From contig NZ_CP042911.1 in assembly GCF_008065095.1 (NCBI RefSeq), forward strand, positions 5,730,001-5,762,000: DNA of 32,000 nt. The letters run 5' to 3'. Source of the stretch: Gemmata obscuriglobus. Its GTDB lineage: Bacteria > Planctomycetota > Planctomycetia > Gemmatales > Gemmataceae. The position numbers and the translations under genes were made by a program. Within the stretch, counting starts at the first letter, position 1, and each line of letters begins with the position of its first letter. Below the pieces are notes generated by a model that worked only from the letters and a program-made list of their open reading frames with translations, was not told the origin of the DNA and did not search any database. Below are positions 16,851 through 25,591 of the stretch, one piece after another.

Positions 16851-16913
16851 GTTTTTGACAGGATTTCAGTCTACTGTCTCAATGCTGTCGATCCTGTTAG
16901 TCCTGTCAAAAAC
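16851..16913. terminator. Long hairpin between convergent genes; possible bidirectional terminator
   Basis: A perfect 13-bp inverted repeat, GTTTTTGACAGGA (16851-16863) with TCCTGTCAAAAAC (16901-16913). The stems are T-run/A-run rich, and the element sits in the 97-bp gap between the OCD-family stop (16831) and the ggt stop (16929). Confidence 0.4.
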
Positions 16914-16928
16914 CGGTTAATACTCGCA

Positions 16929-18602
16929 TCACTCTCCGACGGCTTTCCCGTCCAGGCGCTTGTCGGCGGCACCGGTCCGTACCCCCGTCTTCGGATCGAT
17001 CAGGATTGAGTGCGCGTCACCCTGGCGGTGTTCGACCAGAGTGTGGCCCAGCGCCTTCAGTTTCATGACCAGTTCCGGATGCGTCTTGCCGCCCTCGAAG
17101 CGAGTCACGTCCGGGAGCCACTGGTGGTGGAACCGCGGGGCACTCACGGCTTCGTCAACCGGCATATCGAACGCCAGTACGTTCAGAACCACGCTCAGCA
17201 CGGTGTTGATGATTGTTCGCCCGCCCGGGCTGCCGGTGACGAGGTAGGGCTTGCCGTCCTTCAATACGATCACCGGTGTCATGGAGGACAACATCCGCTT
17301 GCCCGGTGCGATCTGGTTAGGCTTGGTGCCGATCTCGCCCGTCGTGCCGGTGAAGCCGGGACGCGGGTTGAAGTCGGTCATCTCGTTGTTGAGGATGTAC
17401 CCCGCGCCGCGCACCACCACCCGGTTCCCGTAGCTGTTCTCCAGGGTGTACGTGTTGCTGACCGCCAACCCGTCCTTGTCGATGACCGAGAAATGCGTGG
17501 TGCTGCCGCTCTCGGTGTTCAGCTTGATTTCAGGGGCAAGGTCCGCGCTCGGGGTGGCTTTCCTCGTGTCGATCTTTTGCGCCAGCTTCTTGGCGTAGTC
17601 TTTCGTGGTGAGTTCCACCGGGATCTTCGTGAAGTCCGGATCGCCGAGGTGCCGCGCGCGGTCTACGAACGCCCGCTTCATCGTCTCGATCACGAGGTGT
17701 GACGTTTCCGGGGACCATCGGTCCTTGGCCTTCAGGTCAAAGGTTTCGAGGGTGTTGAGCATCTCCGCGAGCGCGACCCCGCCGGAGCTGGGCGGGGGCG
17801 GACCGTACACGTCGAACCCGCGGAAGGTGGTGTGGATCGGCTCGCGCTCGTTGGCCTTGTACATCGCCAAGTCGTCTTTCGTGATGAGCCCGCCCCCGGC
17901 CTTCATTTCTTTATCGAGCAGTTCGGCCAGTTCGCCGGTGTAGAAGGCGTCCGCACCCTTCTCGGCGATGATGCGCAGTGTGCGACCCAGGTCTTTCAGA
18001 ACGAGCCGGTCGCCTCCCTTCCACGTCTCGCCGTTCGGCTTGCCGTATGTGAGCTTGAAGGCGACGTTGGTCGTTTTCGGGTCTGCAAGAACGCGATTCA
18101 GTCCACCAGCGAGGGCCGTGTTGACGACGAAGCCCTTCTCGGCAAGTTCCGCCGCCGGCGCCACAACGGTTTTCCATTCGAGCTTACCGTATTTCTTGTG
18201 CGCGAGAGCGAGTCCGCGAACGGTGCCCGGCACCCCGGCGGCCTTGTGATTGAGCCACGTCACCTTGCCGTCGGCGAACAGGTCCACCTTCGCCGATGCC
18301 GGAGCCGTTTCACGGTACTCGAAGCACGTCGGCGCCTTCCCAGGTGCCGCGACCATCATGAACCCGCCGCCGCCGATGTTTCCGGCCTCGGGCCACGTCA
18401 CCGCCATCGCGAACGCGGTCGCCACGGCCGCATCGACCGCGTTTCCGCCTTCTTTGAGGATGGCCAGGCCGACATCGGCCGCGGGCGGCGACACGCACAC
18501 CACTACGCCGCCCTTCGAGGTTACGGTTTCGGCCTTCGGCTGTGCCGAAACGAGCCCCGCGGAACACAGCAGCAGCGCGATGAGCAGCGCGGAACGAAGC
18601 AT
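16929..18602 (-). CDS. ggt: Gamma-glutamyltransferase
   Basis: Signal peptide MLRSALLIALLLCSAGLVSAQP. The autoprocessing region reads GSTTHFSVIDKDG, followed by MLSSMTPVIV and TGSPGGRTIINTV. The start is set at the ATG at 18602. Confidence 0.93.
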   Translation of the reverse strand: MLRSALLIALLLCSAGLVSAQPKAETVTSKGGVVVCVSPPAADVGLAILKEGGNAVDAAVATAFAMAVTWPEAGNIGGGGFMMVAAPGKAPTCFEYRETAPASAKVDLFADGKVTWLNHKAAGVPGTVRGLALAHKKYGKLEWKTVVAPAAELAEKGFVVNTALAGGLNRVLADPKTTNVAFKLTYGKPNGETWKGGDRLVLKDLGRTLRIIAEKGADAFYTGELAELLDKEMKAGGGLITKDDLAMYKANEREPIHTTFRGFDVYGPPPPSSGGVALAEMLNTLETFDLKAKDRWSPETSHLVIETMKRAFVDRARHLGDPDFTKIPVELTTKDYAKKLAQKIDTRKATPSADLAPEIKLNTESGSTTHFSVIDKDGLAVSNTYTLENSYGNRVVVRGAGYILNNEMTDFNPRPGFTGTTGEIGTKPNQIAPGKRMLSSMTPVIVLKDGKPYLVTGSPGGRTIINTVLSVVLNVLAFDMPVDEAVSAPRFHHQWLPDVTRFEGGKTHPELVMKLKALGHTLVEHRQGDAHSILIDPKTGVRTGAADKRLDGKAVGE

Positions 18603-18691
18603 GGATTGGCTCGCGGCGGGAATACGGTTCCCGTTTTGGTACGGGCGGGGCGCCCGGTTTCCACGCCACGGTGCGTTTTCGCCGGATGGCG

Positions 18692-20773
18692 TCACGCGAC
18701 GGACGCGGCACGCTGGTCGGGGAAGTAAGAATCGAGGAGATCGAACGTCTGGCCGTCGAACCCCTTGACGTGGACCCGCCCGTTGATCTCGGCGGCGGCG
18801 AGGATGTCGTCCCCGTCCACCTGCACCGCCATCACGCCCAGGAACCGGTCCTCGAACGCGTCGAACGACCCGCGAGCGGCTCCGGTGCCCCCGTCGATCA
18901 CGGTGACGCGGGTGCCCTGCGCGACGACGAGGTCGGCCCGGTCGTCGCCGTCGAGGTCGCCGGCGGCGAGCGCGAACCGGGCGCCGCCGGCCCCGGCCAC
19001 GACGAACGAGCGGCTCACCGCGAGGATCGCCGGGTCGAACGCCTTGACGTGGGCCCCGGCCGCCGCGCCGGCAGCGACGATCAGCTCGTTGCGCCCGTCC
19101 CCGTCGGTGTCGCCCACGGTGGCCGCGACCGCGCCGCGGTAGCCCTCGAACGCGAAGAAGCTCGCGACCAGCCCGCCGGTGGCCCCGTCGAACACCTTGA
19201 CGTGCCCGTTGGTGTCGGCGGTGACGACCAGGTCGGCGACCCCGTCACCGGTCAGGTCGCCGGCGCCCAGGTGGAGCCCGCCCCGATACCCGTCAAACGC
19301 GAAGAAGCTGTGGGCCTCGGTCCCGGTGGTCCCGTCGAACACCTTGACGTGCCCGTCGGCCCCGGTGACGACGTCGGCGGTTCCGTCGGCGGTCATGTCG
19401 GCGGCGGTCGTGACCACGCGCCCAGCGTACCCGGTGTACGGGGTGACCGTCGCGCGGGTCGTGCCGTCGGGGTTGAGCACGCGGATGGTGCCGGTGCCAT
19501 CGGGCGCGTTCAGTACCGGCCCTGGTACCGGAGACGGTGAAGGCGTGGGGGCCGGTGAAGGCGCGGGATCCGGTCCCGGCGGCGGCGGAGGAGGTGGCGG
19601 AGGCGGCGGGTCGGACAGCAGCACCCCGCGCAACTCGAACGCGCCCGAGCCGTCGGGGCTTGCGAACACAACCAGGCTCTGGTTAGCGGCCGCGCCCAGG
19701 CCGAGCGAGTACGACTCGACCGCCGTACCCGAGAGCGTAACTGCGGCCCCGACCGGCGCCCCGGCCGCAGAGAACGTCTCGGCGACCAGCGCCCCGGACG
19801 CGAGCGCGTACACCACCACCGTGTTGCCCGCGGCGTCGGTCCGGGCCGAAAGTGGCGCGGTGCCGCTCACCCCGGTCGCCAGCACCACCTGTGGGTCCAG
19901 TGTGGGGCTGCTGCTGGTGTACGTGACCGCTCGCGCGACCAGTTGGTAGGTGCCGCCCGAGTCCTCAACAGAGATCACCCGCCAGGCGTCCGCGCCGGGC
20001 GCGCGGGTGATGACCGGGGCGACCGCCGCGGTGAGGGTCAGGCTGGTGGATGCTGATATTAAGCTCCCACCCGCGCGCCGGAACGGGGCCGTGCCCCCGA
20101 CCCCGGACAGCAACGTCCCGGAGACCAGCGCGTTGCTCGCATCACCGAACTGGGCCGTCGGCAGGAGCGCACCGGTCGAACTGATGCTGGTGGTGGTGGT
20201 CGAGGCGGTGTCGGTGAACGCGTTATAAACCTGGTAGTCGAACCGGTGCGTCAGGCCGTCGCTGGTTGTTTTCCGGTAGGCCACGAGCACGCTCCCGGTG
20301 TCGGAAAGGCTAACGACCGGGAGCGATTCGACGCGGGTCGCCACGCCGACCGCGCTGACGGTGCCGACCGGGGTTCCGTCGGCCGCGTACCGCTGGAGCC
20401 CGATGTCGGTGAGGCTCCCGCTGTCCGGGAGCTGGTCGAACGCCACGACGAACCGGCCGGTCGGGTCCATGTCGACAGCGACCCGCGCCGGGGTGCCGGC
20501 GGTGACCGGCACCGTGGCGACCGCGAGGGGCGCCCCGAGCGCGGCCCCGGCTGCGTCGTACAGCCGGGCGTTCACGGTCGCAGTACTCGTCATGGCGTCG
20601 GTGTCCGCCCACGCGACGACGAACTGCTGGCCGTTGCCGGCCACTGCGACCGACGGGTGATCGGCGCCGATGCCGCCGGCAGTCGCCAGGACGCCGAGGA
20701 ACTGGGCCGGAACGTCCCGGGGCTCAAGCGGCTCGAGTCCGAGGCGCGCGGGGGCGGGGCGGCGGGTGGCCAT
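18692..20773 (-). CDS. FG-GAP/VCBS repeat protein with degenerate N-terminal repeat modules and a proline-rich linker
   Basis: The C-terminal third has repeated DxxGDGxxDLVV...HVKVFDG units (for example DLTGDGVADLVVTADTNGHVKVFDGATG). The linker PPPPPPPPPPPGPDPAPSPAPTPSPSPVPGP separates it from an N-terminal region with repeated FVVA...YxAxG modules. I prefer the ATG at 20773 (MATRRPAPARLGLEPLEPRDVP). Confidence 0.75.
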   Translation of the reverse strand: MATRRPAPARLGLEPLEPRDVPAQFLGVLATAGGIGADHPSVAVAGNGQQFVVAWADTDAMTSTATVNARLYDAAGAALGAPLAVATVPVTAGTPARVAVDMDPTGRFVVAFDQLPDSGSLTDIGLQRYAADGTPVGTVSAVGVATRVESLPVVSLSDTGSVLVAYRKTTSDGLTHRFDYQVYNAFTDTASTTTTSISSTGALLPTAQFGDASNALVSGTLLSGVGGTAPFRRAGGSLISASTSLTLTAAVAPVITRAPGADAWRVISVEDSGGTYQLVARAVTYTSSSPTLDPQVVLATGVSGTAPLSARTDAAGNTVVVYALASGALVAETFSAAGAPVGAAVTLSGTAVESYSLGLGAAANQSLVVFASPDGSGAFELRGVLLSDPPPPPPPPPPPGPDPAPSPAPTPSPSPVPGPVLNAPDGTGTIRVLNPDGTTRATVTPYTGYAGRVVTTAADMTADGTADVVTGADGHVKVFDGTTGTEAHSFFAFDGYRGGLHLGAGDLTGDGVADLVVTADTNGHVKVFDGATGGLVASFFAFEGYRGAVAATVGDTDGDGRNELIVAAGAAAGAHVKAFDPAILAVSRSFVVAGAGGARFALAAGDLDGDDRADLVVAQGTRVTVIDGGTGAARGSFDAFEDRFLGVMAVQVDGDDILAAAEINGRVHVKGFDGQTFDLLDSYFPDQRAASVA

Positions 20774-20881
20774 GGGATGGTCCGTGTCCTGATGGGGCCA
20801 GCCGACGGGCCGGCGCATACAGGACTTATCGTGCCGGGCGGCGAGCAATTGCGGGGCTTATGGCTCGCGCGTTCGCGCCGC

Positions 20882-21784
20882 TCACCCCGCCCGCAGCGCG
20901 ACGGAGCTTTCGACCCCGAGGTTCTGGTAGATCAGGCGCGTCGCGTCGGACTTGTTCAGGGTGTAAAAGTGAATCCCGCGGATGTTGTTGTGCAAAAGGT
21001 CGGCGCACTGCTCGGTGGCCCAACTGATGCCCACCCGGGCCACCGCCGTGTCGTCGGCGCAGCGGCTCACCGCCTTTAACAACTTGGCCGGTATGCGCGC
21101 GCCGGCCGCCAGGTCCGCCATCCGGACCATACCAGCCTTGGTGGTGACCGGCATGATACCCGCGATGATCGGCACCTTGATCCCGGCCAAATCGCACCGC
21201 TCACGGAAGTCGTACAGGTCGCGGTTGTCGAAGAACAACTGGGTGCAGATGTAGTCCGCACCGGCGTCGATCTTACGCTTCAGGTGGTCCATCTCTTGGA
21301 GCCGGTTCGGGCACCCGGGGTGCCCTTCGGGGAACCCCGCTACACCCACACCGAACCCGCGGCCGTTCGGACCCGGGCGCGAGCGGATGAAGTCCACCAG
21401 TTCGTTCGCGTACCGGAACGCGTCCTTCTCGCGGTCGTGGGCGCTGTTCTTGGGTGGGTCACCGCCGAGCGCAAGGATGTTCTCGATGCCGCTCGTGGCG
21501 TACCGATCGAGTATCGCGATCATCTCGTCGCGGGAGTGGCACACGCAGGTGAGGTGCGACACGGCGGTGAGGTTGGTTTCGCGCTCGATGCGCACCACGA
21601 GGTCGTGGGTGCGGTCGCGCGTGGAACCGCCGGCCCCGTACGTGACGGACACGAACGACGGGTGCAGCGTCTGGAGCGCCGCGATGGTTGTAAACAGTTC
21701 CTCACCGGCCGCGTCAGTCTTCGGTGGGAAGAACTCGAAGCTGAAGGTGGTGCGGTGCTGAGCGAAGATGTCCTGAATGTGCAT
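20882..21784 (-). CDS. metF: Methylenetetrahydrofolate reductase
   Basis: FSFEFFPPKT, FVSVTYGAGGSTR, SHLTCV, NILALGGDPP and ICTQLFFD are all canonical MetF segments. The start is the ATG at 21784, with an alternative at 21808. Confidence 0.93.
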   Translation of the reverse strand: MHIQDIFAQHRTTFSFEFFPPKTDAAGEELFTTIAALQTLHPSFVSVTYGAGGSTRDRTHDLVVRIERETNLTAVSHLTCVCHSRDEMIAILDRYATSGIENILALGGDPPKNSAHDREKDAFRYANELVDFIRSRPGPNGRGFGVGVAGFPEGHPGCPNRLQEMDHLKRKIDAGADYICTQLFFDNRDLYDFRERCDLAGIKVPIIAGIMPVTTKAGMVRMADLAAGARIPAKLLKAVSRCADDTAVARVGISWATEQCADLLHNNIRGIHFYTLNKSDATRLIYQNLGVESSVALRAG

Positions 21785-21866
21785 AGCGGCTACAAGCGTG
21801 GGGTCCAACCCGGAACGGTTTGTACCTTGACAGTGTATTCAAATTGCCGCGCCGAGATAGGCGAAG

Positions 21867-24407
21867 TTATGGTGCGCGCTTCGGGAACAGGACAGGGAGT
21901 GTCGGAACGGTCCCAGCGGTCGGGACGAGTTTTACCCCGGAAGCCGGCTCAGTCCCGCCCCCGGGCTTTGTGAGTCGCGGCTCGTGAGTCAGGCGGTCGA
22001 ACTGAAAAACGCTTGTCGGACCGGTGTCCCACAGCAGGTTCAACTCCCGCGCACCGGCGCGGACCGGCAGTTCCGCACGGAGCGAGTCTCCCGCTCGGTA
22101 CGACAGTTTCGTCGGCCCGTCCGGCACGAGCGGGTAAACCGTCGTGGTGCCCCGAACCGTTCCCTTGCCGACCGTGAACTTTGCCGTCGCCCCCTGCCCC
22201 CTGTGGGTCACAGTGATCGTGAACGGCCCGACGGGCTCGACTCGCTCGAAGGTGAGGTCGAGCGGAACCGCCAGTTCGAAGCCGCGCGGGTCCAGCTCGA
22301 ACGTCTTTTTGTCAAGGTCTCGCAGGAGCACGGCCAACTCAGTGACCGGGTCAGGGACGTTCGGGTTTTGCAACTTCGCCAAGAGGTGCAGGAACCGGCC
22401 CCAATCGCGGAACCGTGGCTCCGCCAGCGTGGCGCCCAATGCGTTCCAGCCGGCAAGGGTGTCCTCGACCCGCATCAGCTTTTGGGTGTGACGAACACCG
22501 TTTACGAACGACGTTTGTAGCAGGCCGGTGATCTCGCCGCGCACCGGGTCCGGAAACCGCCACGCTTCCCACTCTGCATAATCGGCGGACTGTCGCGGGT
22601 AAGTTCGGGCGAGGGTCGCCAGTCGCTCTGCCGGGTCGGCGCCGCCCGACTCGGGCAGGCTCAGCACCGCCGGCGGTCGGTCCGGAGCGCGCACCAACCC
22701 AAGTGCGTCGAGCAGGTCGCGCAGGTGAACGAGTAAGTCGCGGGTCTGCTCCCAATACCGACGCGCCCGGTACACCTCGTCGAATTCGAGCGGCACCTGG
22801 TACGTGATCGCCTCCCCGCGCGGCTGCTTGAGTTCGGGTGAACCAGGGATCGGTTCCTCGGGAGGAAAAGGTGATTGTGTGTCCCGTGTCAATAGCGCGT
22901 CCAGGTCGCGGATCCAGCCCGCGTCGAACGTGCGCTTCAGCGTCAGCTCCGTGCCCGCGCGGTCGCGATCACGGTACCGGTCCACGCACGCCTGCTGCGC
23001 CGCTTCGAGGGCGGCGCAGTCGGCGAGCCACTTGTCACGGAGCTGTGCCGCCGCAGTCTCCCCCCAGGAGTATTCGCCCGGGAGGGCGAGCGCGGTTTTC
23101 AGTGTTTCGCGGATCTGTACCAAATCGGGCAGGCTCCGGGCTGACACTGGCGCCGTCGCGCCGGCCAGCCGCGCGCGGTACGCGAGGTAGTCGTCGATCT
23201 CTTTTAGCCGGCTCTCGACGAACCCTCGCCGGTCGTTCGAGAGCGAGCGGAACGCCGCATCGTTGGCGAACCGCCGCAACGTCTGGCGGTTGCGGTCACG
23301 TTCTGGGTCGGACAGGCGCACCGCCGCCGGGGGTTCGTGTAGCTCGTAGTCGTCGACCCGCGCCGCGAGATCGGGCGCGCTACCCTGGGGCGGGAACAGC
23401 GCGATCGACCCGAACGCCAGGACGAGGAAGCACAGCGCGGTAAGTGCGGCGCGCACGGTCCACCAGAGCCGGGCCTCGGACCGGCGGTGCCGCTCGTGGT
23501 GCGCCTTGGCGGCCGCGAAACAGTCGCGGAACAGTTCCGCCACAAGATAGGGTTCGTCCGCAGGCGTCGGCGCTTCGAGCAGCGGCGGGGGGCGGAGCGC
23601 GACCGCGGCCACCGTCAGGTCGATGCTCCCGAATGAGAGGAACGGAGCCGCCGGGGCGTCGCCGTGGTCGGCCTCTTTGAGGAACTCGTCGAACTCCGCC
23701 CAGGCGTAATCGACGCGGTCCGCAACGCGGGCCTCCCACTCCCGACGTGTGTCACCCTTCTGAGCCAGTCTGTCGCACTGCGTTAGGACCAGGAACACCG
23801 GGAACCCGCCGACCGTCCGCGCGTCTGTTTTCGCCCGTTCGACGGTTGTGAGGAACGCGTCGAACGCCTTGAACGCTTCCGCCAGTTGCGCCCGGGTGCT
23901 GGCCGCATCGACGAGGAGCACGATGGCGTCGGTCTCGACCACCGCGCGGGCCAGTTCGCTGTCGGGGTGACGCTGGGTGATCGGCTCGGAGTGTCGGATC
24001 AGGTCTTCGGCGGCCTTGCCGTCGCAGTCATCAAGGATCACCGTGAGCGGGTCCGAAACGGCCCGCGTGCCGACCCGCCAGGGGCGTAGCCGGACGGTAA
24101 AACTCGTCAGCTCGGCAGAGCTGGATTCGAGCGTGCCGCTGTAAGCGGCGTCGCGTATGAGTGGCAGTTCGGGCGAAGTAGGTACTACCTCCCCGCGGAG
24201 AGTTTCGCCCTGCACTTCGCCGGCGCGCATTAGCGCGCCGATCAGCGCGGATTTGCCCGCGCCGCGGTGCCCAAACAGCAGCACACGGGGAGCATCGAGC
24301 GGTAGACTGCCGGGGTGCGAGGCCACGCGCGTAACCTCCGTCCGTGGTGGCCGCGTTACGGGTGGTCGGTTCGCGGCATCGGTCGGGGCCACGCCCCGAC
24401 ATCTCAT
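21867..24407 (-). CDS. Membrane-anchored P-loop GTPase-like protein (846 aa) with a large C-terminal domain of unknown function
   Basis: G1 is GHRGAGKS (24249-24272), G3-like is DCDG (24018-24029) and G4-like is TQCD (23772-23783). AIVLLVDA lies between G3 and G4. One predicted TM helix, WWTVRAALTALCFLVLAFGSIALF, lies at 23394-23465, followed by about 500 further residues ending in a beta-rich segment. The ATG lies 1 nt after the stop of the upstream gene. Confidence 0.7.
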   Translation of the reverse strand: MRCRGVAPTDAANRPPVTRPPRTEVTRVASHPGSLPLDAPRVLLFGHRGAGKSALIGALMRAGEVQGETLRGEVVPTSPELPLIRDAAYSGTLESSSAELTSFTVRLRPWRVGTRAVSDPLTVILDDCDGKAAEDLIRHSEPITQRHPDSELARAVVETDAIVLLVDAASTRAQLAEAFKAFDAFLTTVERAKTDARTVGGFPVFLVLTQCDRLAQKGDTRREWEARVADRVDYAWAEFDEFLKEADHGDAPAAPFLSFGSIDLTVAAVALRPPPLLEAPTPADEPYLVAELFRDCFAAAKAHHERHRRSEARLWWTVRAALTALCFLVLAFGSIALFPPQGSAPDLAARVDDYELHEPPAAVRLSDPERDRNRQTLRRFANDAAFRSLSNDRRGFVESRLKEIDDYLAYRARLAGATAPVSARSLPDLVQIRETLKTALALPGEYSWGETAAAQLRDKWLADCAALEAAQQACVDRYRDRDRAGTELTLKRTFDAGWIRDLDALLTRDTQSPFPPEEPIPGSPELKQPRGEAITYQVPLEFDEVYRARRYWEQTRDLLVHLRDLLDALGLVRAPDRPPAVLSLPESGGADPAERLATLARTYPRQSADYAEWEAWRFPDPVRGEITGLLQTSFVNGVRHTQKLMRVEDTLAGWNALGATLAEPRFRDWGRFLHLLAKLQNPNVPDPVTELAVLLRDLDKKTFELDPRGFELAVPLDLTFERVEPVGPFTITVTHRGQGATAKFTVGKGTVRGTTTVYPLVPDGPTKLSYRAGDSLRAELPVRAGARELNLLWDTGPTSVFQFDRLTHEPRLTKPGGGTEPASGVKLVPTAGTVPTLPVLFPKRAP

Positions 24408-24408
24408 G

Positions 24409-25059
24409 TTACTCAAACCTGTTTTGAATGCCCGCTTCTTGCACCCACGCGGTGAGCCGCTTCATTTCGGGGTGGGTGGTAGACAAGCGGTCCTTGGCGA
24501 ACCGAAACACCAGTACCGGCGCGGGCTTGTCCTTCGGGCGCTCGGCGACAGCTTTCTTCAGTTCGTCGAGCGTACGCGGCGTCGGGTCACCGTCGAACAC
24601 GTAGAACTTGGCGTCACTCACGTCCGCGCCGCTGAGGATCGAAACGCGCACGTCACCCGGAGTGGGTTTCGGTTCGACCTTCGGCTCGATTTTCGGCGGC
24701 TCGGTTTTCTTATCGTCCTTCGGAGGTGCCGTGGGTTGTTGCTGCCGGTTCTGATCGTCTCCGGTGCTTTTCAGCTCGCCCCCGCCCCCACCGCCGAACA
24801 GTCCGCTGCCGCCGGACCCGAATACGATCAACGCCACGACGATCGCCGCCAGCACGCCGCACAGCAGTCCGCAGAGGCTCTTGAGTTGCGCCGGGGCCTT
24901 GTGCGCGAACACCCACCGGTCGAGTGCCCAAGCGATCAGCCGGCCGCCGACGTAGCCGGCCAGGAAGCCGCCGCCGACGGCCAGCGCTTTGATGACGAAC
25001 TCGGCCAGTTTGTTCGACGCCGCGGACGCGATGCCGTCGGCCAGGAGTGTGTCGAGCAT
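24409..25059 (-). CDS. TonB/TolA-like membrane protein: two hydrophobic helices, a Gly-rich then Pro/Lys/Glu-rich linker, and a small C-terminal alpha/beta domain
   Basis: The helices are ALAVGGGFLAGYVGGRLIAWAL and LCGLLCGVLAAIVVALIVF. The linker reads GSGGSGLFGGGGGG...PTAPPKDDKKTEPPKIEPKVEPKPTPG (24652-24819). The C-terminal domain of about 80 aa reads VRVSILSG...FYVFDG...VLVFRFAKD. It sits between the ExbD-like gene and the GTPase gene. Confidence 0.55.
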   Translation of the reverse strand: MLDTLLADGIASAASNKLAEFVIKALAVGGGFLAGYVGGRLIAWALDRWVFAHKAPAQLKSLCGLLCGVLAAIVVALIVFGSGGSGLFGGGGGGELKSTGDDQNRQQQPTAPPKDDKKTEPPKIEPKVEPKPTPGDVRVSILSGADVSDAKFYVFDGDPTPRTLDELKKAVAERPKDKPAPVLVFRFAKDRLSTTHPEMKRLTAWVQEAGIQNRFE

Positions 25060-25078
25060 GGGGACCTCGGGCGCGGCG

Positions 25079-25591
25079 CTACTGGAACTCGTGCGGCACG
25101 TCGCGGAACCAGTGGTGGATCTGATCTTCCTGCTTCTTAGTCGGGAACCCGCTCGGGTTCTGGGGGTACAGAATCAGGAAGAACACGTCCTTCACCCCGC
25201 CAGACTTGCTCGCCAGCGTTTTCTGGTGGGCGATGAGGCGCTGGGCGTCGGCTTCGGTGCGAATCTCCTGCCGGTCGGGGTCGAAATAGTAGAGCGTGCC
25301 GTCCTTGCGGTCGGTGTGCAGCACCCGGACCACCAGCCGGTCTGTGACGCGTGCTTGAGCGGCCTTTTCCATGCGCAGCAGCCGGTCGCGGGCCTCCGTC
25401 AGTTGCCGCTGGAGCTCGCGCACGTCCGCGGAAAGCGACTCTTTCGGTGGTGCGGCCTTCTCCTCCGGCACGTCGGCCGACTGGGTGCCGCCCACGAACG
25501 GCATCAACAGGAAGATCCCGAACAGCAGGATTAGCACGTCGATGAACGGCACAAAGAACCGCGTCACGGCGCGGCGGGGCGGCGCGATCAC
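25079..25591 (-). CDS. ExbD/TolR-family biopolymer transport protein (divergent)
   Basis: The N-terminal TM segment has the conserved acidic residue, FFVPFIDVLILLFGIFLLMPF. A coiled-coil-like segment (ADVRELQRQLTEARDRLLRMEKAAQ) follows, then a periplasmic-domain-like segment (LVVRVLHTDRKDGTLYYFD...VFFLILYP). The GTG start overlaps the upstream stop (GTGA at 25588-25591). Confidence 0.65.
   Translation of the reverse strand: MIAPPRRAVTRFFVPFIDVLILLFGIFLLMPFVGGTQSADVPEEKAAPPKESLSADVRELQRQLTEARDRLLRMEKAAQARVTDRLVVRVLHTDRKDGTLYYFDPDRQEIRTEADAQRLIAHQKTLASKSGGVKDVFFLILYPQNPSGFPTKKQEDQIHHWFRDVPHEFQ

Noticed and set aside
19560-19620. A GGC/GGA-rich repetitive stretch that might look like a tandem repeat or CRISPR-like signal.
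   Set aside because: It is the antisense of 11 consecutive proline codons within the FG-GAP protein linker. There is no spacer-repeat periodicity.
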